DNA of 64,000 nt, from NCBI GenBank assembly GCA_002633005.1, contig NMRA01000792.1, positions 1-64,000 on the forward strand, read 5' to 3'. The stretch comes from Phoronis australis (lineage: Eukaryota > Animalia > Phoronida). Shown here piece by piece: positions 26,301-41,300 of this stretch; position 1 is the stretch's first letter, and the number at the start of each line of letters is the position of its first letter. Position numbers and translations under genes: made by a program. The notes below the pieces were generated by a model, which saw only the letters and a program-made list of their open reading frames with translations, searched no databases and was not told the DNA's origin.

Positions 26301-29300
26301 GCTGGCTTATTCCTTATCTTTGTGATTGCATGACCAATGTAAATATGAAGTTGGTTGAAAATTGCCAAGTGTTTTTAATAACGAGCTTTGTGGTGAAAAT
26401 GATCTGAACAGTGTCCAGTAAGTATCGTGACGTGGCTCTATATGATGCGGGCTATGTGAGCCAGCAAGATACATCATTAGTGCAAAGGTCACCTATTTGC
26501 AGATTTTTTGTTTTCACATGTACAACTGCACTTTGTATATCACAGATTATGTTAAATTGGTGTTGGAGTTTAGTTCTTGTTATACATTAGCATAGTTAGG
26601 AGCATGCAAATACATCTTTAGGAAGCCTGTTGATTTAGATTCAGATGGTTTGTTTGATTGCAGCAGTTACTTTGCAACCAATTCTGTGTTTCAGGGGACA
26701 GCATTGACCTGGACATTTCCATTGAATCTCAAGGCATTTTAGACATCCCAAGCACAACGTTTGCCGAACAGCTAACCTATATTGATGCGGTGAGTATTCT
26801 GTGTTCAGTATTGCCCCCCTACGGTAGCCAGCTACAATAATTGGACAAAATGGCTGAAATTCCCAGTCATGGTGACTGAGCATAAGCCAAAATCACTATC
26901 ACATGTCAGGTCAGGTAAATTATGGAATTTTGTTCATTTAGTTTAACGTCTGATTCTTTCAACCTTAGTGGAGATAAGCTTAATGCCTTCCTGTGTTATC
27001 CAATCCGTTATCCAATCCGTTATCCAACCCGTTATCCAATCTGTTATCCAACCTGTTATCCAATCTGTTATCCAACCCGTTATCCAATCTGTTATCCAAC
27101 CCGTTATCCAATCCGTTATCCAATCCATTGCTTGATTTTCGCAGTTGTGTTAGAATGTATTATAATTTGAAATTCCTAGTCTCGCGTGAGGACCTGTCTC
27201 TTGCACAATGTTTTGTATGCATTCATATCATGATGAAGGTATGTGATGCAATAATCCACAAAATACTCAACAAACAGTGTCTCAGTTTCTCAAGGAATAC
27301 ATAAACGAAGCTCATCATCACGTCATTGTTAATTAGTAACTGAAGAATTGAATGATTTTTTCAAAAAAGCAGAGAGAGTGCAGTTTTGATTCTGTTTTTT
27401 TTTTCTCGATGAGCGTTGTTATGTCGCGCAAGATCTATAAAAATGTAAGACTTTAAAAAACGTGTCTAACATCCTGCAATCGAATTCATTGAGTACCAAT
27501 CATAATTACATAATTTGTGGACTATTTAACTTGTTAGGAGTTTGTGCAGCTCATTAGGAATCCAGACCACCTTTGAGTGAAGGAGAAAATTGTTTGTCGT
27601 AACAATGCCAAGTTATGTTGGAACAGTTAGACCTGATTGAATATCAAGACTCAGCACTTAGTATTTGACAGCACTACCACATTACCTGCATACCGATGCC
27701 AAATTACCTACCTAAGGCTGTACACTAAGGTCAAATTACCCACAGGAGGCTGTATACAAATACTCTGCTAAGGTCAAATTACTCACCTAAGACTGCATGT
27801 CATATCAGTGTTAATGTCAAATTATACACTTGGGGTCACATTTAAAGGTCAAGTTACCCTCCTGAGATGGTGGCTGGAGAGCCAAATGCCCACATGGCCT
27901 TACCGCAAACTAATGGGTCATTTCTCCCCTGATATTTACCGTTGAGTTTGTTACTGATAGCCAAACCAAGTTGTTGGCTTGTCGCTTTTGCAACTTTTCG
28001 TATGGACATAAGTCTTCTAAATATTTACCACTCAGTAATTAAAACAAATAATTGACCTTGTTAGGACAGTGAAACCTAAATGCAATTTCACTGAGTACAA
28101 TTTTTGTGGTATCTTTCATTCTCGTCACCTGTTGGCTAATATTTTATCTACTATGTCTTTCCATACTTCTCTAAAATTAACTAAGCATGGTCAAGCGTAC
28201 TGGAACTTCTTCTTATTTGATGTTTTGATACAAGCTTGAAATTCCTTGCTCAGTTAACTTGAAAAAAGACTACTGTTGGGGTTTGAATATTGGCCAAGCT
28301 TGAAAATCCTTATGTACGACCTAATTCTTCACTTAATTTGCACACAATATGGCTGACAAGTGTCACTTAATTTGCACACAATATGGCTGAAAAGTGTCTG
28401 ACACTTAATTTGCACGCAATATGGCTGAAAAGTGTCACTTAATTTGCACACAATATGGCTGAAAAGTGTCACTTAATTTGCACACAATATGGCTGACCTC
28501 CACAAATTAAAAAAAAGATTGAACACATTTTAGTGTATTATGAGCCTGGATTGTGGTGTGTAGTTGTCGTAAAGCAATGTTTAACAGCATAATATAACTG
28601 AAAGTCACGTTGTTTGCAAAATAGTAATCAGCCTTTGAGAAGTGGAAAATGGAATTATTTTTTTTCAAAATAACTATAGATTCACTGTACTGTCAAGCTT
28701 GTACAACATTACTCATTAAGGGCTCTACAGGTTTGATGAGTTTAGTGTGTTTATTGTGTGACGTCTCCCTCTATACATTGTACGTAATTTTTGTTATTTC
28801 TTCTCCAGAAGCTGTTCTCTTCTGTCATTCCTCACCAGTGTCTTGGCTCTGTCTGGTCCCACCGTGATGACCAGGGGCAGCGGTCCGACGCGCCCACAGT
28901 CGCCGCTACAATACAACAATTCAACGCTGTCTCGTACCGCGTGGTGTCAACAATTCTGCACAACACAGACCTCAAGCCGTCGCAACGAGCAAAGATTATT
29001 ATGAAGTGGATTGAAATTTCTCAGGTAAATTTGTGATGTATATCTATCTCAACTATTCACTTTTTGGGCAATCAAAAAACATTTTCTATCCAAAAGAGCT
29101 CCAATACTGCAGTATAAGGGCTGTTTTGTAATGATTGTTCATTTCGTAACTCACGTGACTTAAAAAGGCGGTCCCATGGCATTTACGGTCATAAATCCTG
29201 GCTTATTTAAATTGTAAACGATGAATTTACATTCATCTTCCATAATTCAACATTTCGGTCTGGCTACCCTTCCACTCCACACTATGGCAAGGCTTACTTG

Positions 29301-32300
29301 TCGCACATGACATCCTGCTTTTTGCTAACGTAACTTTTCCAATCCCACAAGGCACTTGCTTTGCGGAACTTTGAATTTTCACTTTAGTTTGGAAACTTGT
29401 TTTATCCGCAGGAGCTGAGGGTGATCAAGAATTTCTCTTCCTTAAAAGCCATAATCTCTGGCCTCCAGTCAAATCCTATATACAGACTACGGAAGACATG
29501 GGCGCTTGTATCCAAGTGAGTAATAGATCCATATTTTGGATGTCATCAGTCACATATCATTCTACAGTAAAATCTCACCAATGCAATTTCAGACAAAACT
29601 AATTTCTTAAACTGTCCTTTCCGTACTTTTCAAGGGCTTCTAACACTGTCGCCAATGCCCAAAAGTTCTCAAATCATTCTCTCATGGGACCCCGTAGAAA
29701 GCAGTGAGAACTGAAGGGGCTACCCGCATTGTAAATAGTACTATAATTAAAATATTAAATAAATCATATCTGCTGATCTTTAACGAGAAAAAGCATTAAT
29801 TTGGTGCTACTTACCTACAATGGGAATATTAAACAGGGCTTGGAATTTTCCGCGGAAACGCGGATTTCCGCTTTTTTCAAATGTGCTTTCCGCTTTTTTT
29901 ATAATATTTCCGCGTAAAAAAATCGGATTTGATATAAAATTTCCGCGGCAAATTCCTTTCTTACCGTGGCGTTGCAGACGACGTTCACCTCGAAAAGCGG
30001 AAGTTGCTCTTTATGTNNNNNNNNNNNNNNNNNNNNNNNNNNNNNNNNNNNNNNNNNNNNNNNNNNNNNNNNNNNNNNNNNNNNNNNNNNNNNNNNNNNN
30101 NNNNNNNNNNNNNNNNNNNNNNNNNNNNNNNNNNNNNNNNNNNNNNNNNNNNNNNNNNNNNNNNNNNNNNNNNNNNNNNNNNNNNNNNNNNNNNNNNNNN
30201 NNNNNNNNNNNNNNNNNNNNNNNNNNNNNNNNNNNNNNNNNNNNNNNNNNNNNNNNNNNNNNNNNNNNNNNNNNNNNNNNNNNNNNNNNNNNNNNNNNNN
30301 NNNNNNNNNNNNNNNNNNNNNNNNNNNNNNNNNNNNNNNNNNNNNNNNNNNNNNNNNNNNNNNNNNNNNNNNNNNNNNNNNNNNNNNNNNNNNNNNNNNN
30401 NNNNNNNNNNNNNNNNNNNNNNNNNNNNNNNNNNNNNNNNNNNNNNNNNNNNNNNNNNNNNNNNNNNNNNNNNNNNNNNNNNNNNNNNNNNNTTAGTATT
30501 TGACAGCACTACCACATTACCTACATACCGATGCCAAATTACCCACCTGAGGCTGTACACTAAGGTCAAATTACCCACACAAGGCTGTATACAAATACTC
30601 TGCTAAGGTCAAATTACTCACCTAAGACTGCATGTCATATCAATGTTAATGTCAAATTATACACTTGGGGTCGCATTCAAAAGTCAAGTTACCCTCCTGT
30701 GACAGTGGCTGGAGAGCCAAGTGCCCACATGGCCTTACCGCAAACTAATGGGTCATTTCTCCCTTGGTATTTACCGTTGACTTTGTTACTGATAGCCAAA
30801 CCAAGTTGTTGGCTTGTCGCTTTTGCAACTTTTCGTATGGACATAAGTCTTCTAAATATTTACCACTCAGTAATTAAAACAAATAATTGACCTTGTTAGG
30901 ACAGTGAAACCTAAATGCAATTTCACTGAGTACAATTTTTGTGGTATCTTTCATTCTCGTCACCTGTTGGCTAATATTTTATCTACTATGTCTTTGCATA
31001 CTTCTCTAAAATTAACTAAGCATGGTCAAGCGTACTGGAACTTCTTCTTATTTGATGTTTTTATACAAGCTTGAAATTCCTTGCTCAGTTAGCTTGAAAA
31101 AAGACTACTGTTGGGGTTTGAATATTGGCCAAGCTTGAAAAACCTTATGTACGACCTAATTCGTCACTTAATTTGCACAATATGACTGACAAGTGTCATT
31201 TAATTTGCACACAATATGGCTGACCTCCACAAATTAAAGAAAAGATTGAAAACATTTTAGTGTATTATGAGCCTGGATTGTAGTGTGTAGTTGTCGTAAA
31301 GCAATGTTTAACAGCATAATATAACTGAAAGTCACGTTGTTTGCAAAATAGTAATCAGCCTTTGAGAAGTGGAAAAGGGAATTATTTTTTTCAAAATAAC
31401 TGGAGATTCACTGTACCGTCAAGCTTGTACAACATTACTCAGTAAGGGCTCTCTAGGTTTGATGAGTTTAGTGTGTTTATTGTGTGACGTCTCCCTCTAT
31501 ACACTGTATGTAATTTTTTGTTGTTATTTTGTCTCCAGAAGCTGTTCTCTTCTGTCATTCCTCACCAGTGTCTTGGCTCTGTCTGGTCCCACCGTGATGA
31601 CCAGGGGCAGCGGTCCGACGCTCCCACAGTCGCCGCTACAATACAACAATTCAACGCTGTCTCGTACCGTGTGGTGTCGACAATCCTGCACAACACAGAC
31701 CTCAAGCCGGCGCAACGAGCAAAGATTATTATGAAGTGGATTGAAATTTCTCAGGTAAATTTCTCAGGTAAATTTGTGATGTATAGTTACGGATCTCAAC
31801 TATTCACTTTTTGAGCAATCAAAAAACATTTTCTATCCAAAAGAGCTCCAATACTGCAGTATAAGGGCTGTTTTGTTATGATTGTTCATTTCGTAACTCA
31901 CATTAAGACTTAAAAAGGCGGTCCCATGGCATTTGCGGTCATAAATCCTGCCTTATTGTAAACGGTGAATTTACATTCATCTTCCATAATTCAACATTTC
32001 GGTCTGGCTGCCCTACCACTTCACACTATAGCAAGGCTTACTTGCCGTACATGACATCCTGCTTTTTGCTAAACGTAACTTTTCCAATCCCACAAGGCAC
32101 TTGCTTTGCGGAACTTTGAATTTTCACTATAGTTTGGAAACTTGTTTTATCCGCAGGAGCTGAGGGTGATCAAGAATTTCTCTTCCTTAAAAGCCATAAT
32201 CTCTGGCCTCCAGTCGAATCCTATCTACAGACTACGGAAGACATGGGCGCTTGTATCCAAGTGAGTTATAGATCCATTTTTGGATCTCATCAGTCACATA

Positions 32301-35300
32301 TCATTCTACAGTAAAATCTCACCAATGCAATTTCAGACAAAAATAATTTCTTAAACTGTCCTTTCCTTACTTTTCAAGGGCTTCTCACACTGTCGCCAAT
32401 GCCCAAAAGTTCTCAAATCATTCTCTCATGGGACCCCGTAGAAAGCAGTGAGAACTGAAGGGGCTACCCGCATTGTAAATAGTACTATCATTAAAATATT
32501 AATTAAATCATATCTGCATTATTTTGGTGCTACTTACCTATAATGGGAATATTAAACAGGGCTTGGAATTTTCTGCAGAAACGCAGATTTCCGCTTTTTT
32601 ATAATATTTCCACGTAAAAAAATCGGATTTGATATAAAATTTCCCCGGCAAATTCCTAAGTTTCTTACCGCGGCGTTGCAGACGACGTTCACCTCGAAAA
32701 GCGGAAGTTGCTCTTTATGTTTCGGAGGAACGTAAATTGCCGGGGCATCTGGGACAGCGTGGTGTGATTTTCAATGGCCTCTCGTGTTATTGTTAAGCGC
32801 GGCGGCAAATACTACCGCTCTGCAGCCAAAAATGTGTGGGTTGGGAGTGCATGGGCAAGCTAAAAGGACGCAGACGCATGCTACTGATGGTTTTTTTTTT
32901 TTAGTCCTCCCGATTTTTGTCGGCGAAAGGTTCACATTGACCATTTCAAGACTGTTTATCGGCCATGATTTGGGCCGTAAAAGTTTCAAGTTTCCGCGTT
33001 TTTTGTCATTGGTCATTCCAAGCCCTGATTAAATTTCACATTTTGGGCATATTGTGTCCTAAATTGGGGAGTGATTGTTGTAAGTGAACGTCACCGTTGC
33101 TGAGTATTTTTATCCAGGCATTTTATACATTGGTCTTGCTTGCGTGTGAGAATGTGTTTTGTTTCGTCTTTCATTAATTATCTTCATTTTTGTTGACTCG
33201 GGTTGTACAGTTTGTGAACTATTCAAAGACTTGGATCTGTAAATCTACGCATCGGTCGCTTTTCGCTGTGTCAGAATTTTCCTGTCATAGCCCATATATC
33301 CACCTGGAAATATTTTATGCATTGATCTTTCTTCCATATGAGGTTTTTCCGGCATAATGTTTTGTTTCTTCCTTAATAAATTATCTTCCTTTTTCTTGAC
33401 TCATACATGTATGTACAGTTTATAAACTATTCAACAACTTTGATTTGTAAATCTATGTATTGCCTTGTATTGGTCGCTTTTTGCTGTGTCATAAATTTCC
33501 CTGTCATGAACAAGATATTCACGTAGTAGAAAATAATATGTTTGCCTGCAACTTGCTATGCTAGAGCCTACCTGGTTCAATCAACAGCTGATTGTCCTTG
33601 AGTAAATATCTATGAACAATAAGGGTGCAAAGCAATGATGGCCACCAAGCTATTTACTGTAGACATCAGGGGAGTTAACTTCCAGTGAGCATCATGTACC
33701 TTGTTCTTATCTGATCAAATTGACCTTGTTGAACAATAGAGATTGGGAGGGCTGGCTCCACTGAGCTATATGTCTAAAGATGATAACAGCAATTGTCTGT
33801 TGAACATTAGTAGAGGTGCTTTTAAATTTGTTGTAATTAGCTTTCAAAACCATGTTCCATGCCACAAATGACATTTCTTCATAAGACATTTGAATGTCCC
33901 ACGTGACACTTTTGCTATTGATTTAACGGTACAAACTACTCATGGCATAAATAAGAATATCCGTGACTTAGTTTTTCATACCTAGTGTTATTGGGAATTT
34001 ATAACCACAGAATTGAATAAAAGATGGAAGTCATGCACTGAAACTGCTGCTCCTTTGTTGAGTAGTGTGCCCCATAATGTAATAAAGTAGATAGACTTAT
34101 GTGTACCTAACCTTTATCAAAGGTGGTTATTTCACTGAATTCAATCCCCTCAAAAATCCTGTCAGTTTCGATCGCTGTACTATTTCACTCAGTCTAGAAT
34201 TCAAAATTTTAGAATTATGGAAAAGCTCGATGCATTAGGAAAATTAAAAAAGACTTTGGTTCACACTAGGTGGCACTAGTTGCTGTTCTGCCTGTTTCAG
34301 ATCCAGTGCAGCCTTATTTGACGAACTGTCAGACATATTCTCAGAGGAAAATAACCAAATAGTTTGTCGCGAACTACTTCAGAAAGAGGGCACGGCCAAG
34401 TTTGCCAGTATGGAGCGAAGCGGCAGTAAAGTAGTCCGCAAGAAAAGTATGCAGAAACAGAGGACATGGATGGAAAATGTACGAATGTGGTGAATTAGAG
34501 GCTGTTTTTCTGCTGTGGTGATTTCCTTAGCCTTATAAAAATACTTCTTAACTGCGCTGCGGGAGTTGTTAAGGGTCATGATTACTCCATAATATTCCGT
34601 TGAGCTTGATTAGTGAGTCGGCCTTTGCATATGCCGTGTTCTCGTTAGGGCATGGAATGGAAACTCTGGGTCACGTGATTATCTAGGTTTGAACTGGGTC
34701 AAGGGTTGTGTTGCCTTCTGTGGTCATGGGAATCGAGATACTTGTATAAGCAGCAACGTACTTGCTGGAAGTGAAACTTGCTAATTTTGTCACGTGTCTC
34801 TAGTGGATAATGATGTCGCGGCTCATGCGTAAGATCACAGATTCCTTCCATTGAAAATATGCGGAGTTGGCAGTCCATGTACTATAGTCTATGGTCTAAC
34901 CAAACACAAGTGGCTGATTTATCATGATTATAGATTAAGTACGCCTGTACCGAGTATGGTTAATTTTTGGTCACTAATTTACATTTTATGCTCCCCTCAG
35001 GGCGTCATACAAGGCACTGTGCCATACCTCGGAACATTTCTGACAGACCTGACCATGATAGACACGGCTATGCCCGATACTGTAGAAGACGGCTTAATAA
35101 ACTTTGACAAGAAACGCAAGGAGTTCGAGGTCATCGTGCAAATATGTCTGTTGCAAAAGTCTGCCAGGAACTATGTAATCAAGAGAGACCCTGAATTTCT
35201 ACACTGGTTCAACTCACTTCCTGTTTATTCAGAGAACAAAAGGTACATTCTGCTCCCAATGTTTCTTTTACAACAACTTGCCTCATTTCACTGCATCTTG

Positions 35301-38300
35301 TAGGTATTTAATAGATATTTTTAATAGAGCACGTGTCGTGAAGAAGCCTATTTATGAAGAGCATTGATCAGACTGTGTTCCTGTTGTGTGGAGCAATTGC
35401 CTCATTAGTGATGACTTGAAATAAGCCAATAGATAATTAAAATAAATCGTTAAGTCATCGACAAAGAGTTCCTTGCGTCAAAAGTTATGCTCATTAATAA
35501 ATACTAAGGTAACAGCACAAAAGTCCTCGTGAGTCTGCACTGGACAATGTTTTACACCAGACGTGTTCTTAACTACTCACAAAAGTTTGGAATAAGACAG
35601 TGTTCATTGTAAGCGTCTGTACATTGACAAACACATTACTTCCCGTCATAAAACCTCGACTATTGTCGACGGCGCTACACAACTTTGCAATATGAATTTG
35701 ACATCCCTTCCATAAGACACTGCCATTCTTCGGCATAACGTGNAAGAAACGCAAGGAGTTCGAGGTCATCGTGCAAATATGTCTGTTGCAAAAGTCTGCC
35801 AGGAACTATGTAATCAAGAGAGACCCTGAATTTCTACACTGGTTCAACTCACTTCCTGTTTATTCAGAGAACAAAAGGTACATTCTGCTTCCAATGTTTC
35901 TTTTACAACAACTTGCCTCATTTCACTGCATCTTGTACGTATTTAATAGATATTTTTAATAGAGCACGTGTCGTGAAGAAGCCTATTTATGAAGAGCATT
36001 GATCAGACTGTGTTCCTGTTGTGTGGAGCAATTGCCTCATTAGTGATGACTTGAAATAAACCAATAGATAATTAAAATAAATCGTTAAGTCATCAACAAG
36101 GAGTTCCTTGCTTCAAAAGTTATGCTCATTAATAAATACTAACTTAGGTAACAGCACAAAAGTCCTCGTGAGTCTGCACTGGACAATGTTTTACACCAGA
36201 CGTGTTCTTAACTACTCACAAAAGTTTGGAATAAGACAATGTTCATTGTAAGCGTCTGTACATTGACAAACATATTACTTCCCGTCATAAAACCTCGACT
36301 ATTGTCGACGGCGCTACACAACTTTGCAATATGAATTTGACATCCCTTCCATAAGGCACTGCCATTCTTCAGCATAACGTGACAAAATCAGATTAGATGC
36401 TCACTTCTGTCAAACGCTTTCCCATTTTAACAATGGTACATATTTAGCTTGAGATACCTGGAGATAAACAAAGTAAACAACTCATATACCGCAGAAGCTG
36501 TTTGTAGCCTAGGCCGGTGGTGATGAATATGGATAGAAGACTTGTGGTTCATTGATTATCTTGCTATATTTAGAATGAACTTGGCGCAAGTTTCCCACTA
36601 CAAAAGTCAATTTTTTTTGTTAAAGTAATGTGAATTTTTATTTTTAAATTTTTATTTTAAAAATCTTCCATTTCTGATATTAGCTTATCACTGAGTGAGT
36701 AACAACTCAGTAAGTAATTTGCATCCAATTTGCATATTTTTGCCTGGTCTCGCATACTACAAGCCAAATTCCCGTACAAGTTCGCAGTTTTGTGTGCGTT
36801 GATATGACTATATTAATATGTTTATGTTTAAAACCTGATTTAAAATTATGTGTGCAGCAACTTCTTTGTGTAAGTGGTAAAAATTCTTCAAATTGGTATA
36901 TAATTTTGCGGATTATTAAAATTTTATTTTGGCAATTTCTTCCGCTAAATTTAAACAGCAATTATAAGAATGTTTCCTCGTTGTTATCATGATTTTTGCA
37001 GTTTAGGTTTTACCGATTAACATTTGTATAAACTGAATGATGTTCAGAAATTTTAGCAACTATGTTTGTCTTACCATTTTTTGGTTCTCCATAACTGTGG
37101 GAACAGTTCTCTAGTGAATGACTTGTACTTTCTCATTTTCTCTAGCATTCTTGGCATTAAAGCTTTAAGTTCAGTTTTCATTTTAGTCATGCTGTTTCCT
37201 GTGAGGTAGAGCCCAACCCAAGTCCTAAGAATGTCAGTTTGAAGAAAAAATCTGCCAGGTAAGTGCAACGCAAAAAATGAGCTTCCCGGTTTTGTGACGT
37301 CTGTGTAGTCATGTGTAGGGCCACTGGTTATTGGTTGTGTAAATGGAAGATATGGCATTAATTTGTGATCATTTTAGTATCTGAATAGATTTAATGGGGA
37401 AATGGACCACTTAAATGCATGGACCACTGAAATGCGGGCATTCTAGGATAAGCGGTACCACAGGCATTTCTCCAGGACTGGTAGGATTGCTGCTTCACTA
37501 GCGCCACCTGTTATGTTTTCAAGTTTCTCATGCCATGGTAATGGCTTCTGCAAACAACACTATGCTGTCAATTGTTCGTGTAGTCAACTGAGATACTTGT
37601 AATTCAGTTTCAGGCTCAAGGCCTACATCGATGCGAATAACCAATCAGTGCTTTTATTTATTGAAATAATCAATCGCTGCTTTTATTTTTTGAAAGAATG
37701 GATCATTTTGAGCTTAGAATTTTGCAAACAGTTTAAAATCATTGGTTCACACACAATAGGCTTTTTGGAACTGACATGCAAGGTCTCTTAAACTAGTTCT
37801 TTTTGATCCCTGCTCTTAGTCATACAACTGTCCCAGTTGGGCTGTGTAGATAAGCATAGCTTAACTAAGAGTTATGATCATGGTTGAAAAGACATGTGCT
37901 TTATTACCCCTGTTGGTTTTGAATAGCCCATCCCAGAGTGCTGTTTTGTAAACACCAGCTGTGGAACCTTTCACATGAGAAATTTCTTTATGTTTCTTTT
38001 TCAGTTTTGGTGGCAGGAAGCATTTTTCCTCTGACTCACTCAACTCCACCATTGATGAATTGACCCCTGGTTGCAGCCCCTCACCCTCACCCCTGATGAC
38101 TTCTAAAAATCAGGTACAGGGGTGACTAGCAGCTATAGAAACGCTCAAGAATTTTGTCAATAATTTTCTACCTCCATCAAAGTCGTGATAAAAATTCAGA
38201 AGGAAAAAAATTCACTTAATTCTTGAAAAATGCCAGTGTGTTATATTTACAGTATTTTGGTGCTTTTTTTAATTGAAAACTAGTATCTGCTCTGGAAAAA

Positions 38301-41300
38301 TGCCACTTGGGGTTCAATCTCACTGATCACTTTTGAGCTATCTCAACATTCTCCTTATAAGCCACCCACTCAGTCATAAGCCAGTCCCCTTTTATTTCTC
38401 AACCTATATCTAAGCTCAACCTCTGTAACATTGGCAGCATTCGTATCATGTTTGACCAGGGTAGCCATTCGCCCTCACAAAAAGCACAGCTTGCTTTCTC
38501 ACTTAAAACATTTTTCTCAGATGTGCACACTTCATTTCTCCTCCCTCTCGCAAAATGTTTTTCGTTCATCGAAAGTTTGTTGTGAGAATGATGTGTTGAG
38601 CATCATAAAGGGCTGCAGTATCAATATTTTAGTTTTTTTTTAAACTGAGATATAATGTTTTCTCGTCCAGATACAATGTTTTCTAGTACTGGGCTTAGCT
38701 CTATTGTATATTCATTGTATTTTTGTAGTAAGCATTATGTACATGAGATGATCGTAATAATTATAACTATAGTTTTGACTGTGAATTTGACTTTTTCGCA
38801 ATGCGTTCCAGCACTCTGATTCGCCATTGCTACCCGACGATGTCTCCGTAGCGTTCCGCTCTTCAGAAAGCTGTGTCATCAAAGTGAGTTTACAGACAGA
38901 GCAAACCCCCAATGTCAACGTGTACAAAAGCATTATGGTAAGAATTTGTTCCTCAGTCTTTTCTTTGAAAATTATCAAGATTACTGATTTGTCTGGTGCA
39001 AAAAAGCGCTTCCCATTTAAAAAGGGACTTTCCCACTTTGTCCCAAACTGAAATGTAATGTTACAATATAGATAAATGTGAACATTTTGTCATTAAATTT
39101 GGTTTGTAATCGAGGGGGGTAATGATCAGTGGGAAAGTCCCTTTTTAATTGGGAAGCGCTTAAAATTAAAAATTCATCTTCCCTAAATGCACTTGTCAGA
39201 TAACTGTCATAAGTCTACCTTTCCTTCAGTAAGTTTTCTTCTGTGCAACTTGAGATACTGTTGTTTAATCATCTCAGTCTTAGATTATACCAGTTAACTA
39301 CATGGTATTCCCCATTCTAGAGGATCTAAATGCGATGCAGCGCAGGGTACCACAAGAGGGTCATGACCTGTTCACTGGAAAAGGCCGTGCCCACAGTACA
39401 AACTCATTTCAATTTTGCGTTTAGAGCCGCAGGTATTAGAAAAGTTCCCTTAGATTGCCATGTGTTTCATTGCTGTATTTCCGAGCACTCTCTGGTCATG
39501 GCAGCCCAAACTGCCAGTTTTTCACCTAAAACATGCACAATGGCAGGATCGTGTTATTAAAAAATGAATCAGAAAAATCCTTCAAGGAAAGAGTTCCTCC
39601 ATGCATATATGGCTATATAGTGTGAAGCTGCCCACCATGTGCTGCAAAAATGTTGGACTTAGTGGCCTAGAATTTTGTGGACCTTTGTAAATGTTAGGCG
39701 AAATTCGCACACAACAGGCCTTTTGAAATTGACATACAACGTCAGTGAAAGTAGTTCTATGTGAAAGTAGTTCTATGTGAAACCTGCTCCGTCATACAAC
39801 CGTCCCAGTTGGACTGTGTAAATAAACACAGCTTAACAAGGGTTTATCGCTCGGGCTGAGAAGATAATTGTTTTACTTTCCTCTATGGGTTTTGAATAGC
39901 CAAGCTCAGAATGAACCATAACGAGACCATCATTCTCAGTGATGTCATGCAGGCCAATGACCAAATTAACCATGCCTGAATTAAGTCAGAAATCTGATCT
40001 TACACTCCACTTTACTATATGTAATTAATTCCCACTTAAACAAAAACACTAACTATTAGAGAATATACCCATAACTGGTAGTTACTGTCAGTGATAATTT
40101 GTATCAATCATTTCTGGACTTCGATGCCCTCAACAGGGTTAAATCGTTAGTCAATAATCGTTAAGTGTAACACCTTACTTCTGACTTCAATTTCGACAAA
40201 TAGACCCCATAACACAGTTAAAACCCAGTTTGCTATATAAAAAAGCATCTCCTCACCTATATGTACACACAATATAGCCGACAAGCAAAATAAGTCTATT
40301 TTGTCATTCAAGTTTCTCCACAAAAGTTAAGATTAAGAAAATTTAGGTATTATAAAACAACATTTGTTGGACTCTCCATTATATGCAGCTAGGTAATCAG
40401 CTTTTAGAGTATGGAGAAATGTGGTATTTATTTTTGTGCAAAATAAACAATGAATGTACTGGCAGTAAAATGGTTTATTTCATGTCTGTTTACCAGCTCA
40501 CCAACAGGGATCACACTAAGACCGTGATCCAGAATTCTCTTCTTAAATATGGCGTGGACGATGACCCTGACTTATACTGTGTCTCTCAGGTCTTCCAAGA
40601 TGGGTCAGGTATAATTCAGTATTATTGTTGTGTGCACCCATTCATATTTGCTAAGCTATATAAGTTTGCATTTGTCAGTAATTTGTGTAATTTGGCACGA
40701 CTCATTATACTTTCCCATGTGATGAGATTTTGAATTGTGTCCACTTTCAACTGATGAATGATCGGATAATTTGATAAGTATACTCAGACAATGGAAGTCT
40801 CTCAAAGTAGTCATTGTATTGCCCCACAATAAACCTTTTCTTTAAGACAATCAAGTCAGTTGTTTAACACCTGGCAGTGATAACCCAAGTCATGTATGGA
40901 ACTGATGCAGAGACAGTCCAGAGAGCGTTGTTAGTGCTCATTAGAAGTCAACTTCCTTGATTCCTGTTTGAACTAACCAGGTATCCACCAAAGACGGAAG
41001 CCTGATGCTTTAGATATTTTAATAAACAATAATCGTCTGAGGTTCCTGGGTAATTGGTAAATCCCACAATTCCCGTGTGCAGTAAGTTGTCACGGTTGAT
41101 AATTATCGATTGGTAAAATATTACACAGCCTCAGTGATGTAATTTGATCTCTGCTTCGCTTACAGAACTTCAAATTCCCGATAAGGCCAATGTGTTCTAC
41201 GGAATGAACAACACTGGAATTTTGACATTTGTTGTTCGAACCAAGGATTTCCAGCATATACTGGACTCACTTCCAAAGACGGGCAGGAAAAAAACGAGCA

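Larger units (their letters stand above)
27658..32720. repeat. Gap-flanking ~2.3-kb direct duplication (27658-30016 and 30493-32720) containing RalGDS exons 7-8
   Basis: Both copies abut the N-gap 30017-30492, and introns are about as similar as exons. Confidence 0.9.

Noticed and set aside
26922-27304. Repeat ORFs (YPIC, WITD, LSNP) and DnaA-box-like TTATCCA iterations
   Set aside because: This is a 12-bp intronic minisatellite in a eukaryotic gene; a bacterial origin makes no sense here.
35744-36381. Second copy of the 3' half of RalGDS exon 10 as an extra exon
   Set aside because: It begins mid-exon after a single N with no acceptor, so it is a contig-overlap artefact.
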